Shown here piece after piece: positions 1-8,434 of a stretch of DNA of 32,000 nt. The stretch is from assembly GCF_035285525.1 (NCBI RefSeq), contig NZ_JAYKGW010000005.1, positions 1 through 32,000 on the forward strand. Direction: 5' to 3'. The notes under the pieces were generated by a model. The model saw nothing but the letters and a program-made list of their open reading frames with translations. It was not told where the DNA came from and ran no database searches. Every line of letters starts with the position of its first letter. The stretch's first letter is position 1. The DNA is from Okeania sp. (GTDB lineage: Bacteria; Cyanobacteriota; Cyanobacteriia; Cyanobacteriales; Microcoleaceae). A program made the position numbers and the translations under genes.

Positions 1-131
1 AGAAAATGTTAGAAAAAGGGAAAAATCCTGTAGAGGCAATGAGAGAAACTCAGTTAGAAATGTTGAGTTCTCAACAGTGGAAAGCACCCTTTTATTGGGC
101 ACCATTTGTAGTGCAAGGAGAGTGGAAATAG
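1..131 (+). CDS. 3' end of a CHAT-domain protein gene (partial, runs off the left edge)
   Basis: Frame 3 reads ...KMLEKGKNPVEAMRETQLEMLSSQQWKAPFYWAPFVVQGEWK*, with TAG at 129-131. The PFYWAxFxxxG ending is typical of bacterial CHAT domain C-termini. Confidence 0.5.
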   Translation, partial: KMLEKGKNPVEAMRETQLEMLSSQQWKAPFYWAPFVVQGEWK

Positions 132-331
132 AATTAATTAATTCAAAATTAAGATTAAACCAAGTCAGAAATAATCTTTGTTTTAGTAAGAGTATTTATA
201 GCAGATGACAAAGTTTACTAAGTTGAAATTCTTAGCTATAAGCTAAGGATTCCAATTGTAGAATTCATGCATTCAAAATTAAGAATAAATAAAGTCAGAA
301 ATAATCTTTGGCTTAGTAAGAGTATTTATAG
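131..331. repeat. Two about 71-bp direct repeat copies (131-201 and 261-331), 130 bp apart
   Basis: gaatt..attcaaaattaaga(t/a)taaa..aagtcagaaataatctttg..ttagtaagagtatttatag occurs twice with few mismatches. Confidence 0.8.
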
Positions 332-619
332 AACCCCCATCACCCTAACCATATCTTTGCAAAAGCAAGAATTGAAAGACAGGAGTCAGGAGTCAGAATT
401 TAAAGAAATAGAATAGAGAAAAAAGTATAAAAATATCCCCCATTATCCACCATCTCCCCGACTCCCCGACTCCCTTACTCCCCTACTTCCCAGCTAATTT
501 TATAGATCCGTTTAGGGTTTCTATAGGAAATGCTCCGCTTTCCATGTCCGTTCAAGCGCAGAAAACACACCCTACAAACAAATAGCGTTCATGGGTAAAT
601 CCTATTCATTTCACATATA

Positions 620-1357
620 TTATGCTAAATCAAATAACAAGATTTCTCCATTTGAAGTAGTTGAAATAGATACCTTTTTAATTTCACTTAAAGCAACTCC
701 ATCACCAGCTTTTAGAGAGAATTTATCATTATTATCTACCTCAATATCTACTTCTCCACGAGCAACTTGTATCCATCCATAACGGTTATTTTCAAAAGCA
801 TAATCAATGCTATCTCCGTCTTTCAAAACACTGGCAAATAAATCCACATCTTGATTGACTTTTATTGCGCTATTTCTACCGTCTTTAGCAACAACTAAAT
901 TTAATTTGCCAGAGTTTTTTTCTACTTCAAAAGAATGTTGATTATATGTTGGTTTTAAACCCTTAGAATTTGGCTGTATCCAAATTTGTAAAAAGTGAAC
1001 ATTCTCTGATTTTGAGTGGTTATATTCACTGTGCATAATTCCCGTACCCGCAGTTATGTGTTGTATATCTCCTCGGTACAATACACCACCTTCACCAATA
1101 GTATCTTTATGTTCTAATGCTCCGTCTAAAACATAAGTAATAATTTCCATATCTCGGTGTCCATGAGTTCCAAAACCATCACCAGGAGTAACTGTATCCT
1201 CATTAATTACTCTTAGGGAACGGAAACCCATGTACTCAGGGTCAAAATAGTAGGCAAAGGAAAATGTATGATGAGTGTCGAGCCAGCCATAATTTGCGTG
1301 TCCTCTTGCTTCAGCTTTTCGGATTTTCACGTTTTCTACTTGTTGTAATTGAGACAT
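620..1357 (-). CDS. Pirin family protein (cupin, quercetinase-like)
   Basis: 245-aa ORF. The N-terminus RGHANYGWLDTHHTFSFAYYFDPEYMGFRSLRVINEDTVTPGDGFGTHGHRDMEIITYVLDGALEHKD carries the pirin HxH...E metal-site pattern. AGGAG lies 9 nt upstream of the ATG. Confidence 0.9.
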   Translation of the reverse strand: MSQLQQVENVKIRKAEARGHANYGWLDTHHTFSFAYYFDPEYMGFRSLRVINEDTVTPGDGFGTHGHRDMEIITYVLDGALEHKDTIGEGGVLYRGDIQHITAGTGIMHSEYNHSKSENVHFLQIWIQPNSKGLKPTYNQHSFEVEKNSGKLNLVVAKDGRNSAIKVNQDVDLFASVLKDGDSIDYAFENNRYGWIQVARGEVDIEVDNNDKFSLKAGDGVALSEIKKVSISTTSNGEILLFDLA

Positions 1358-1499
1358 TATTATTAGCTCCTGTTATAATTTTTGATTTTTTTGTATGGAT
1401 GAAATTTTAGTTATTTATCTTATAGTTTACCTGAAAAAATTTGGATAATTAGGGTAATATCTGTACCAAATATTTGATGAAAACCGCTGTTATATTTAA

Positions 1500-1610
1500 T
1501 AGACATCTCCAGAAAAGAGGGAGTAGGGAATAGGGAGTAGGGAGTAGGGGAAAAGAATAGATGATTTCTGTCCGATAATTGATTTAATTTTTTATTTTTG
1601 GAGATATCTA
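1500..1610. mobile_element. MITE-like element with TAGACATCTCC / GGAGATATCTA inverted termini
   Basis: The termini at 1500-1510 and 1600-1610 are reverse complements. The core carries GGGAGTA heptamers and gatttaattttttattttt. Related copies lie at 5662-5744 and 8007-8104, with a degenerate one near 4113-4217. Confidence 0.6.
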
Positions 1611-1719
1611 ATTGTTTATTTCCTATAAAAATAATGCTGCAAAATCTTGATTTTGCAGAAGAAATTTTTCAGTCAAAATCATTGTCTGATTATGCAGCAT
1701 TAACGAATAAATATTTTAC

Positions 1720-1968
1720 TTATAGTTTAGCGTGAGTCCCATCGCAATAAGGAGGATTACCAGTTTTCTTGCAATTACAAAGTGCTACTGTCTGTGACTC
1801 TGTTATCTCAAATGCTACAGGAGTAAACTCAGTTCCAGCATGGGAACCATCACAATATGGTTTATCCGGGTGAGTTTTGGACTGACCACAGGCACACCAA
1901 TAGTAAGTGCCCACTTCAAGTTGTTCAATAACTACTGGTTTATTGTCTGCAATAACGGGTTCGGCCAT
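1720..1968 (-). CDS. CDGSH iron-sulfur domain protein (two CDGSH motifs)
   Basis: Motifs CACGQSKTHPDKPYCDGSH and CNCKKTGNPPYCDGTH. I prefer the MAEPVIADNK start (ATG at 1968) over the 12-codon longer ORF-track start at 2004. Confidence 0.85.
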   Translation of the reverse strand: MAEPVIADNKPVVIEQLEVGTYYWCACGQSKTHPDKPYCDGSHAGTEFTPVAFEITESQTVALCNCKKTGNPPYCDGTHAKL

Positions 1969-2108
1969 GATGTTTTTCTCTCTGAAATTAATCTCTGGAT
2001 ACAAAATCTCTATTTAATAGATTTTGTTTCAACAGATGTATTATAGCTTAAATCGGGTTATCATGTATAGTACGCACTTTAAAGTAAGATAGTACCCAAA
2101 AAGATACT

Positions 2109-2441
2109 ATGAATGTCCAAACTGCAAAGAAGAAGAGAAATTGTCCAGCAGAACTTACTCTTAAGTTGATTAATGGACGTTGGAAACTTTTGATTATTAA
2201 AGAACTATTTAATGGAGTGAAACGTTTTAATGAACTGCATCGCTCTCTCAAAGGTGTTACTCAAAAAATGTTGACTCAACAATTACGAGAAATGGAAGCA
2301 GATGGTATTGTTCATCGGGAAGTTTATTTGCAGGTTCCTCCGAAGGTTGAATATTCTTTAACTTCTCTAGGCAAAAGTCTTCAACCTATGATTAATCAAT
2401 TGCACGAATGGGGAATTAAACATCTAAATTGTAGTGAATAG
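2109..2441 (+). CDS. HxlR-family winged-helix transcriptional regulator
   Basis: 110 aa. CPAELTLKLINGRWKLLIIKELFNGVKRFNELHRSLKGVTQKMLTQQLREMEADGIVHREVY..PPKVEYSLTSLG is the canonical HxlR pattern. The gene is divergent from the CDGSH gene. Confidence 0.9.
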   Translation: MNVQTAKKKRNCPAELTLKLINGRWKLLIIKELFNGVKRFNELHRSLKGVTQKMLTQQLREMEADGIVHREVYLQVPPKVEYSLTSLGKSLQPMINQLHEWGIKHLNCSE

Positions 2442-2455
2442 GGAACAAGGGGAAG

Positions 2456-2490
2456 TAATTAATAATTAATAATTAATAATTAATAATTAC
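2456..2490. repeat. Tandem heptamer array (AATTAAT)n, STRR-like
   Basis: taattaataattaataattaataattaataattac. Similar arrays lie at 4397-4429 and 9027-9080. Confidence 0.85.
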
Positions 2491-2704
2491 TTCTGGTTAA
2501 AACTGAGAAATAGTAAGCAAGTAGGAAATCTGATTTCATTATTCATTAATTTTTAACCCGTCCCTACCCCATGCACCATTTTAGGTGCGTCAGTCTAGTA
2601 GAGGCAAATAGCCATTCGCCCCTACAATATAAACTCTAATAACAAATTTTATCAAGCTTGTAATCAAGCTATTACAGGCCAAATGTTTATTTAATAAAGG
2701 ATGA

Positions 2705-3601
2705 TTAAAAATTAGTAGGTCCCTTATAACCTGATAACTTGGCTAAATTTTCCATAGAAACCACTCCCTCTTGAACTTTACCATTAATTTCCCAAGTTGG
2801 ATATGCCTTAATACTAGCTTCAACACATAGTTGGGTTTGAGAATTTTTGCCTTTAGGATCGCACTCAATATAGTTGATTTTACTAACAGCTTCTTTACCA
2901 AACAAATTCTTTTGCTCCTGACAATGACTGCACCAATAAGCGCCATACATTTTTGCACCGACTTCGGTTAAATGTTCTGCTAATGCAACTTTTGCTGGAG
3001 TGGAAGCAGTTGTAACTCCATAAGTATTTTCTGTGCTAGCAGTAGCGCTATAAATTGGAGAATAAACTGCAAATATTCCTACCAAAGTAACCATCCCGAC
3101 AATAATAGCAGTAAAAATTAACTGCCCAATGTCTTCCCAGTTACGACCTATTAATGTTAAAATTAATAGACTGAGAGAACAAATAGCTGAACCTGTGCAG
3201 TAAAGACAAAGAGACTCAATCTCAAATGCCATGATATACATCAGATAGCTGCTGAAGATGGTCATGGATACGCTACCCACAAACATAAATAACCAACTCC
3301 AGTTTTCTAGTTGCGAACGTAATTGCTTTTGGGAGTCTGAATTAATTAACCAAGGAGCGATCGCCATTGTGCCCATACTAACGTAAGCTAAAAAGCCAAA
3401 CAAAGCCAAAGGTAAACCTAAAATAGTGGCATATTCACTATTGAGGACATTATCACAACCATCCACAGGACAAACTACTGTTCCTCCGGTTAATTTTTCT
3501 ATAGTAAGATAAGCTGTGATCGCAACACCAACTGCTGCGATACCAGCAATAATAAAACGTGAGTTACGATGAATCCAAGGTTTAGAGCGTTTACTACGCA
3601 T
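2705..3601 (-). CDS. Vitamin K epoxide reductase (VKOR) homolog fused to a thioredoxin-like domain
   Basis: 298 aa with multiple TM helices. It has the loop cysteine pair CPVDGC, the membrane CxxC motif (CLYC) and a C-terminal Trx-like WCSHCQEQK. This is the architecture known for cyanobacterial VKOR disulfide-forming enzymes. Confidence 0.85.
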   Translation of the reverse strand: MRSKRSKPWIHRNSRFIIAGIAAVGVAITAYLTIEKLTGGTVVCPVDGCDNVLNSEYATILGLPLALFGFLAYVSMGTMAIAPWLINSDSQKQLRSQLENWSWLFMFVGSVSMTIFSSYLMYIMAFEIESLCLYCTGSAICSLSLLILTLIGRNWEDIGQLIFTAIIVGMVTLVGIFAVYSPIYSATASTENTYGVTTASTPAKVALAEHLTEVGAKMYGAYWCSHCQEQKNLFGKEAVSKINYIECDPKGKNSQTQLCVEASIKAYPTWEINGKVQEGVVSMENLAKLSGYKGPTNF

Positions 3602-3942
3602 TTTTCTCTCCTAATTTAATATAGTTTCTGTTAGTATTATTAACTTTTCTGTCAACTGAAAACTCAAAGATAGAGTTCTCTGATAGCCATTTCATCAATA
3701 TTGGATGATTTTATTGGAGAATAAGAGTTTTATCTTTTCTTCAATTTTATATTATAGCAATTTCTGCAGTTATGAGGTACATTTATAATCCCCTTGAGAA
3801 AGGGATAATTTTTGTTATCCCCTTCCTTAGAAAGCTATGCTTTATCAACATCCTTTTTCACATAAAACTTGACAAAAAGAGTCAAGTATGTATATTTGCT
3901 GGAATCAGCTTTTGTCTCTAAAATTATAAATATAAATAAAGT

Positions 3943-4095
3943 AAGACTTACGTATAAACGCTATTGGTAGGGTGTGTTTTGCGTTCCGCAAAGCTCCGCT
4001 TTATATGTCGGCTCAAGCGCCGAAACGCTACGGGACATGTAAAGCGGTAGTGTAACGCACCAATACTCTATATACAGTGCCTTTGCGTAAGTCCT
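3943..4095. mobile_element. MITE, AGGACTTACGCA-terminus superfamily
   Basis: Ends are aagacttacgta ... tgcgtaagtcct. An identical 5-mer TAAAG flanks it at 3937-3941 and 4097-4101. Confidence 0.8.
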
Positions 4096-4578
4096 GTAAA
4101 GTTTGCTAAAAAAAGTCTGTTGGCGAAAGGAGGGAATGGGTATGGGGGCAATAGGAAGAAAGAATTGATAATTTATGTACCAGAATTGATTTAATTTTTT
4201 ATTTTTGGAAATGTCTAATAGTTACAGGCGTTAATTTTTCTACTCACCACTAAAGTAGTATTGGCCATACAAGATACTATAAAACTCAACTATTGCATTG
4301 CAAAAAGCACTATCTGGAACTGTATATCTTGACACCAAGTATGCCAAAGGACTAAAAGTGCATTCAGTCTTGAACGCAAGTATTAAGGAATTACCGAATA
4401 ATTAATAATTAATAATTAATAATTAATAGTCAATAATTATTCATTCAACAATTCGCGCCTTGAAGCCTCCCCTTGTTCGGGGATAAATCAAAAATTTTCA
4501 TGGGGTTTGTCAATCCCCTTCTTTAAAGAAGGGATAATTATTAATTATTAATTGCTGAACACTGGGCATACTCGACAA

Positions 4579-5181
4579 TTATTCAGGTTCTTTTTTTTCT
4601 ACTGCTATATTTCCTTCAATTTTAGACAAAGCTTGATTAACTTTTTCCTCCAATTTTTGAAATTGTTTTTGTTTTAAACTACTCCATTCTGGCAACTTAT
4701 TAATAAACTGTTGTAAATCAATAATTACACTGGTTAAATCCTGAACTTGTTGCAATTCTGGTCGTTGTTTAAACTGTCGAGAAGTTAATTCTAATTCTGT
4801 TTGCAATAGCTTCAAAGTTTGTTCTTGAATATCTAATCGCTTCGACAAATTTTTAATTGTTGTTAACAAAGGTTTTAACTTTTCTTCTTCCTGAACAATT
4901 TCTAATCCTTTAGTGATCGAGCCAAAAGAATGTATACTATTTTGTAGCTCAAAAATAGTTTCAGAAATTGACTGCTGATATTCCTCTAATTTTCGAGAAT
5001 TATCAAGTTTAATAGTTTGATTTTGTGCTGCCAACTTTCGTCTGTTAAAGAGATTTAAAACTAAAGATATAAAAATAAATTCTACTGGATAAATAATTGA
5101 TTTATTAAACATATAATTAGCAAAAATTCCGAAGGCAGAAGCAGCAAGAAAAATATATTCAAAGATTTCTAAAAGACGCAT
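4579..5181 (-). CDS. Hypothetical membrane-anchored coiled-coil protein
   Basis: 200-aa ORF. The N-terminus is hydrophobic (IFEYIFLAASAFGIFANYMF, VEFIFISLVLNLF) and the rest is heptad-like and Q/E/K/L-rich. I recognised no family motif. Confidence 0.55.
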   Translation of the reverse strand: MRLLEIFEYIFLAASAFGIFANYMFNKSIIYPVEFIFISLVLNLFNRRKLAAQNQTIKLDNSRKLEEYQQSISETIFELQNSIHSFGSITKGLEIVQEEEKLKPLLTTIKNLSKRLDIQEQTLKLLQTELELTSRQFKQRPELQQVQDLTSVIIDLQQFINKLPEWSSLKQKQFQKLEEKVNQALSKIEGNIAVEKKEPE

Positions 5182-5184
5182 TTT

Positions 5185-5217
5185 CAGTTATCAGTTATCA
5201 GTTATTAGTTGTTAGTT
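5185..5217. repeat. Tandem heptamer array (CAGTTAT / TAGTTGT), STRR-like
   Basis: cagttatcagttatcagttattagttgttagtt. The array resumes at 5306-5345, after the MITE at 5219-5304. Confidence 0.8.
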
Positions 5218-5218
5218 C

Positions 5219-5304
5219 AGGACTTACGCAGCAACCCTAAATATGGTGCAACCCCATACGCAATAGTTTTTTGACTCTATATATAGTACCTTGGCGTAAG
5301 TCCT
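5219..5304. mobile_element. MITE, AGGACTTACGCA-terminus superfamily (core type A)
   Basis: aggacttacgca ... ggcgtaagtcct. The flanking 5-mer TAGTT lies at 5213-5217 and 5306-5310. Confidence 0.8.
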
Positions 5305-5351
5305 GTAGTTGTTAGTTGTCAGTTATGAGTTGATCAGCAAAATTAATTAGT

Positions 5352-5454
5352 AGGACTTATGCAAAGAAACCCGGTACGAGCCTAGAAACCGGGTTTATGG
5401 GTTCAGTTCAAACCACGAGATTTTGTTGATAAACCCAGTTTCTGCGTAAGTCCT
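5352..5454. mobile_element. MITE, AGGACTTACGCA-terminus superfamily (core type B, GAAACCCGGT palindromes)
   Basis: aggacttatgca ... tgcgtaagtcct. The flanking 5-mer ATTAG lies at 5346-5350 and 5456-5460. Confidence 0.8.
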
Positions 5455-5475
5455 GATTAGATATCCTAACATATC

Positions 5476-5646
5476 AGGACTAAAGCCATGAGGAAAGCAA
5501 TTTTCTTGGCTTGAGATTGCTTTCAGTCCCGAATGCGTAGCATTCATGTCGCGGAGCGTTAACATGCGTTATGCGAAGCCCAAAACGCTGTCGCTGGTGC
5601 TGCAAGTCGCGCCATGACAGAAATACGTTGCGGGTGCGTAAGTCCT
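5476..5646. mobile_element. MITE, AGGACTTACGCA-terminus superfamily (core type C)
   Basis: aggactaaagccatgagg ... gacagaaatacgttgcgggtgcgtaagtcct. Close relatives lie at 8263-8409, 14524-14683 and 7832-7925 (internally deleted). The flanks here are only approximately duplicated (CATAT / ATATT). Confidence 0.7.
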
Positions 5647-5661
5647 AATATTTTCAATTAT

Positions 5662-5744
5662 TAGATATTTGCAAAAATAAAAAATTAAATCAATTCTTCT
5701 TCCCTGTTCCCAGTTAAGTCTTCCCTCTTTTCTGGAAATGTCTA
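5662..5744. mobile_element. MITE-like element, TAGA(C/T)AT... terminus family (inverted relative to 1500-1610)
   Basis: tagatatttgc ... ggaaatgtcta, with a shared aaaaataaaaaattaaatcaattc core. Confidence 0.55.
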
Positions 5745-6006
5745 TTAGTGATTCAGCGCTTCCTATTACTTGTGAGGTGCAAGCATCGCGGGCAAGATGC
5801 CCGCACTAGAATAATTTGATCATTTGTGCGAAATATGCTGTATAGCTCTGTGCGCAGGCAACAGCTCATTTGGCAATAGGGAGAATAAATTGCCGATAAT
5901 ATAAGACTATGAACTGCTTGGACACCTCCTGCAATTTGTAAATATTATAGCAATGCATGAGGATGGTGAGGTACACTTAACACTTACTGCAGTTCAGCCT
6001 TCCTTT

Positions 6007-6085
6007 GCTGTAACAACCACCGAAGGTTGTGTTACTAAAATTACTAAATAAAATTTTGTACCTCACGCGCCTCCGAAATTGCTGT
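6007..6085. repeat. Dispersed repeat (second copy at 10041-10142)
   Basis: gctgtaacaacc..gaaggttgtgttac...aataaaattttgtacctcacgcgcctccgaaattgctgt is shared by both loci. Confidence 0.75.
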
Positions 6086-6166
6086 CAGTGCGCACATTGC
6101 TATATATTCGCTCCTATTTATCAGTAATGTTAGCGATCGCTTCTTTCCACCCACGGCAAAACTTGT

Positions 6167-7573
6167 TCATATTTGTAAAATTATTCGTGCCAAATTGAAA
6201 TAAATCAAAACACCCAAAACATCAACAGCAGTTGTAATAAATGGTGCTGACATTAATGCGGGGTCTAACCCAAAAGAACGAAACAGGAATGGTAAAGAAG
6301 AACCAGCAACAGAAGCTAAAATTGAGATAGCAACTAAACTTACTCCCACCGTCACAGATACTTCTAAATTGCCATTGATAATAAAAAAGTACGCCCAAAC
6401 TGTTGCCAATAAACCCAGAATAATTCCCAGGATTGCACCAGCAGCAGCTTCACGCAGAATCACTTTTAATGGTCCTATTTTCCAGATTTCATCAGTATTC
6501 ATACCCCGAATGACAACGGTTGAAGACTGGGCCCCCACATTGCCACCAGTACCAGTCAATAATGGAATAAACGCTGCTAAAGCAACTACCCTTTGCAGAA
6601 CATCTTCTTGTGCTGTAATGATTCCACCTGTGACACTATTGGTCAACAATAACACAAATAACCAAACTACTCTTCTACGAGCAGCAGTAAACAAACTTAC
6701 CTGGAAATAATTATCACCATCAGACTGTACCCCACCCAAAGCATAAATATCTTCAGTGGTTTCCTGTTGCAAAATATCCAGAACATCATCAACGGTAATG
6801 ATACCCACCAGTCGTTGTTCGCTATCTACCACTGGTACTGCCAAAAAATCATAACGTTGAATAATATGGGCAACTTCTTCCTGGTCAGTACCAGTTTGCA
6901 CGGAGACAAAATCACGATTTATGATTTCACTGATAGTTTGGTCTAACTGGGAGGTAACTAAATCTCGCAGTGAGACAATACCTGTGAGGTGACGGTTAGT
7001 ATCAGTGACATAGAGAGAATAAACTGTTTCGGTAACGTGAGCTAATGAGCGAATACGTTCTAAACTTTGGGCAACTGTATATTCTTCTTTGAGGGAGATA
7101 TATTCCGGGGTCATTATTCGTCCCGCAGTACCCGCATTGTAACCCAAAAGTTGGGCGGTAGCTTTCCGTTCAGCAGGACTGAGTAGACCTAATAAACTCC
7201 GAACAACACTTGCTGGTAGTTCTTCAAATAGTTTAACGCGGTCATCAGGGGACATTTTATCAACAATATCTATGACTTCTTGGCGCTTGAATTTTTCGCA
7301 TAGAGACTGTTGTACACTGGAGTCTAATTGTTCATAAACGGCGATCGCTTCTGCTTTGGAAAGTAACCGAAAAGCAATGACTTGCATTGTTTCTGGTAAA
7401 CCTTCGATGGCTTCAGCAATATCCGGTGGTTGCACTGGAACTAACATAGCTTTAGCTCCAGATAAGTTATCTTGTTCTAATAGAGCTTGAAGTTGTGATC
7501 GAACTAATTCTCGTAATTCTTGACGAGAAATTGTTGCTACCGAAGGGGATGAATAGTTATTATTTTCAATCAA
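6167..7573 (-). CDS. mgtE: Magnesium transporter MgtE
   Basis: 468 aa with an MgtE N-domain, tandem CBS domains (LTGIVSLRDLV, LVGIITVDDVLD) and a C-terminal TM domain (GNVGAQSSTVVIRG, SAPFITTAVDVLGVLIYF). It has a TTG start, with GGAGGG ending 5 nt upstream of it. Confidence 0.92.
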   Translation of the reverse strand: MIENNNYSSPSVATISRQELRELVRSQLQALLEQDNLSGAKAMLVPVQPPDIAEAIEGLPETMQVIAFRLLSKAEAIAVYEQLDSSVQQSLCEKFKRQEVIDIVDKMSPDDRVKLFEELPASVVRSLLGLLSPAERKATAQLLGYNAGTAGRIMTPEYISLKEEYTVAQSLERIRSLAHVTETVYSLYVTDTNRHLTGIVSLRDLVTSQLDQTISEIINRDFVSVQTGTDQEEVAHIIQRYDFLAVPVVDSEQRLVGIITVDDVLDILQQETTEDIYALGGVQSDGDNYFQVSLFTAARRRVVWLFVLLLTNSVTGGIITAQEDVLQRVVALAAFIPLLTGTGGNVGAQSSTVVIRGMNTDEIWKIGPLKVILREAAAGAILGIILGLLATVWAYFFIINGNLEVSVTVGVSLVAISILASVAGSSLPFLFRSFGLDPALMSAPFITTAVDVLGVLIYFNLARIILQI

Positions 7574-7831
7574 AGTTAACCCTCCTATAATATACTATAA
7601 TCTATTTTAGAGGCTATTGTGCGTAGCGCAAGTAAAAAGTCAAAAAAGAGGGAGTAGGGAGTAGGGGGAGACAAGGGAGACCGGGGAGACAATCGCTCTG
7701 CACAGTTTTATTTAGATGAAACAGTCCACTACAATCTTTTCACTATTTACTGCGTACATCATTTGCCCTACAATGTGCTGTATAGCAACCGCCTTGGCGC
7801 TTAGGACATAGACTGATGATGAATCTTAGAT

Positions 7832-7925
7832 AGGACTGACCCATGCGCAACGTATTTCTGTCATTGCTCGCGAGGAGCGAAGCCATCTCAAGCCTTCAAA
7901 TTTTGTTCCTCATGGCTTTAGTCCT
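7832..7925. mobile_element. MITE, AGGACTTACGCA superfamily (short type C derivative)
   Basis: aggactgacccatgcgcaacgtatttctgtcat ... catggctttagtcct. The flanking 5-mer TTAGA lies at 7826-7830 and 7927-7931. Confidence 0.75.
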
Positions 7926-8006
7926 GTTAGAGCTGGAAACACTTTTCCAACTGTTTCCAGTTAAGGGTTCGCTGCCATAATCGCAATTTCTTGGTTTGAA
8001 CAACAA

Positions 8007-8104
8007 TAGACATCTGGTGATAATCAAAAATCAAATTAATTCTAGTATATAAATTATCACTTCTTTCCCTCTACTCTCTACTCCCTCTTTTCTGAAGATA
8101 TCTA
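8007..8104. mobile_element. MITE-like element, TAGACATCT terminus family
   Basis: tagacatctgg ... gaagatatcta, with a ccctctactctctactccctcttttctg core (reverse complement of the 1500-1610 core). Confidence 0.6.
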
Positions 8105-8160
8105 ATAATCATAGCAATAAACTAGTTTTCTTGGTTATTTGCGCAAGTCCTGATAAGATC

Positions 8161-8250
8161 AGGAGTTATGCAAACTCTTAGACAATACCTTATCTGTAGA
8201 TGGCAAATGGCATTTCCCCCTGCTAGATATGGTGCTTCTGCGTAAATCCT
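8161..8250. mobile_element. Degenerate member of the AGGACTTACGCA superfamily
   Basis: aggagttatgca ... tgcgtaaatcct, with no clean flanking duplication. It abuts an orphan right end, tgcgcaagtcct, at 8140-8151. Confidence 0.5.
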
Positions 8251-8262
8251 AATAAATAAAAG

Positions 8263-8409
8263 AGGACTAAAGCCATAAGGAACGCAATTTTCTTGGCTTG
8301 AGATTGCTATCATGAGGGAATGCGACCCATTCATGTCACGGAGCGAAACGCTGTCGCTTGTGCTTCGAGTACCGCAATGACAGAAATACGTTGCGCGTGC
8401 GTAAGTCCT
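8263..8409. mobile_element. MITE, AGGACTTACGCA superfamily (core type C)
   Basis: aggactaaagccataagg ... gacagaaatacgttgcgcgtgcgtaagtcct. The flanking 5-mer TAAAA lies at 8257-8261 and 8411-8415. Confidence 0.8.
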
Positions 8410-8434
8410 ATAAAACTAACTATTAATTAATATA

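Noticed and set aside
1969-2004. A longer start (MYPEINFREKNI...) for the CDGSH gene.
   Set aside because: The extension overlaps the AAAATCT/AGATTTT inverted repeat in the divergent promoter region. The MAEPV start gives a typical CDGSH protein length. The choice remains uncertain.
7574-7700. A Mg-sensing riboswitch (M-box) upstream of mgtE.
   Set aside because: The leader is short and is followed immediately by GGGAGTA heptamers and MITE sequence. I could not see any M-box-like conserved helices, and I cannot support one without a covariance-model search.
8122-8334. ORF 8122..8334, and similarly 9154..9336 and 9995..10177.
   Set aside because: They lie entirely within MITEs or dispersed repeats (AGGACTTACGCA family, GTAGGGGTTTGG tandem, and the 10041-10142 repeat) and have no start context.
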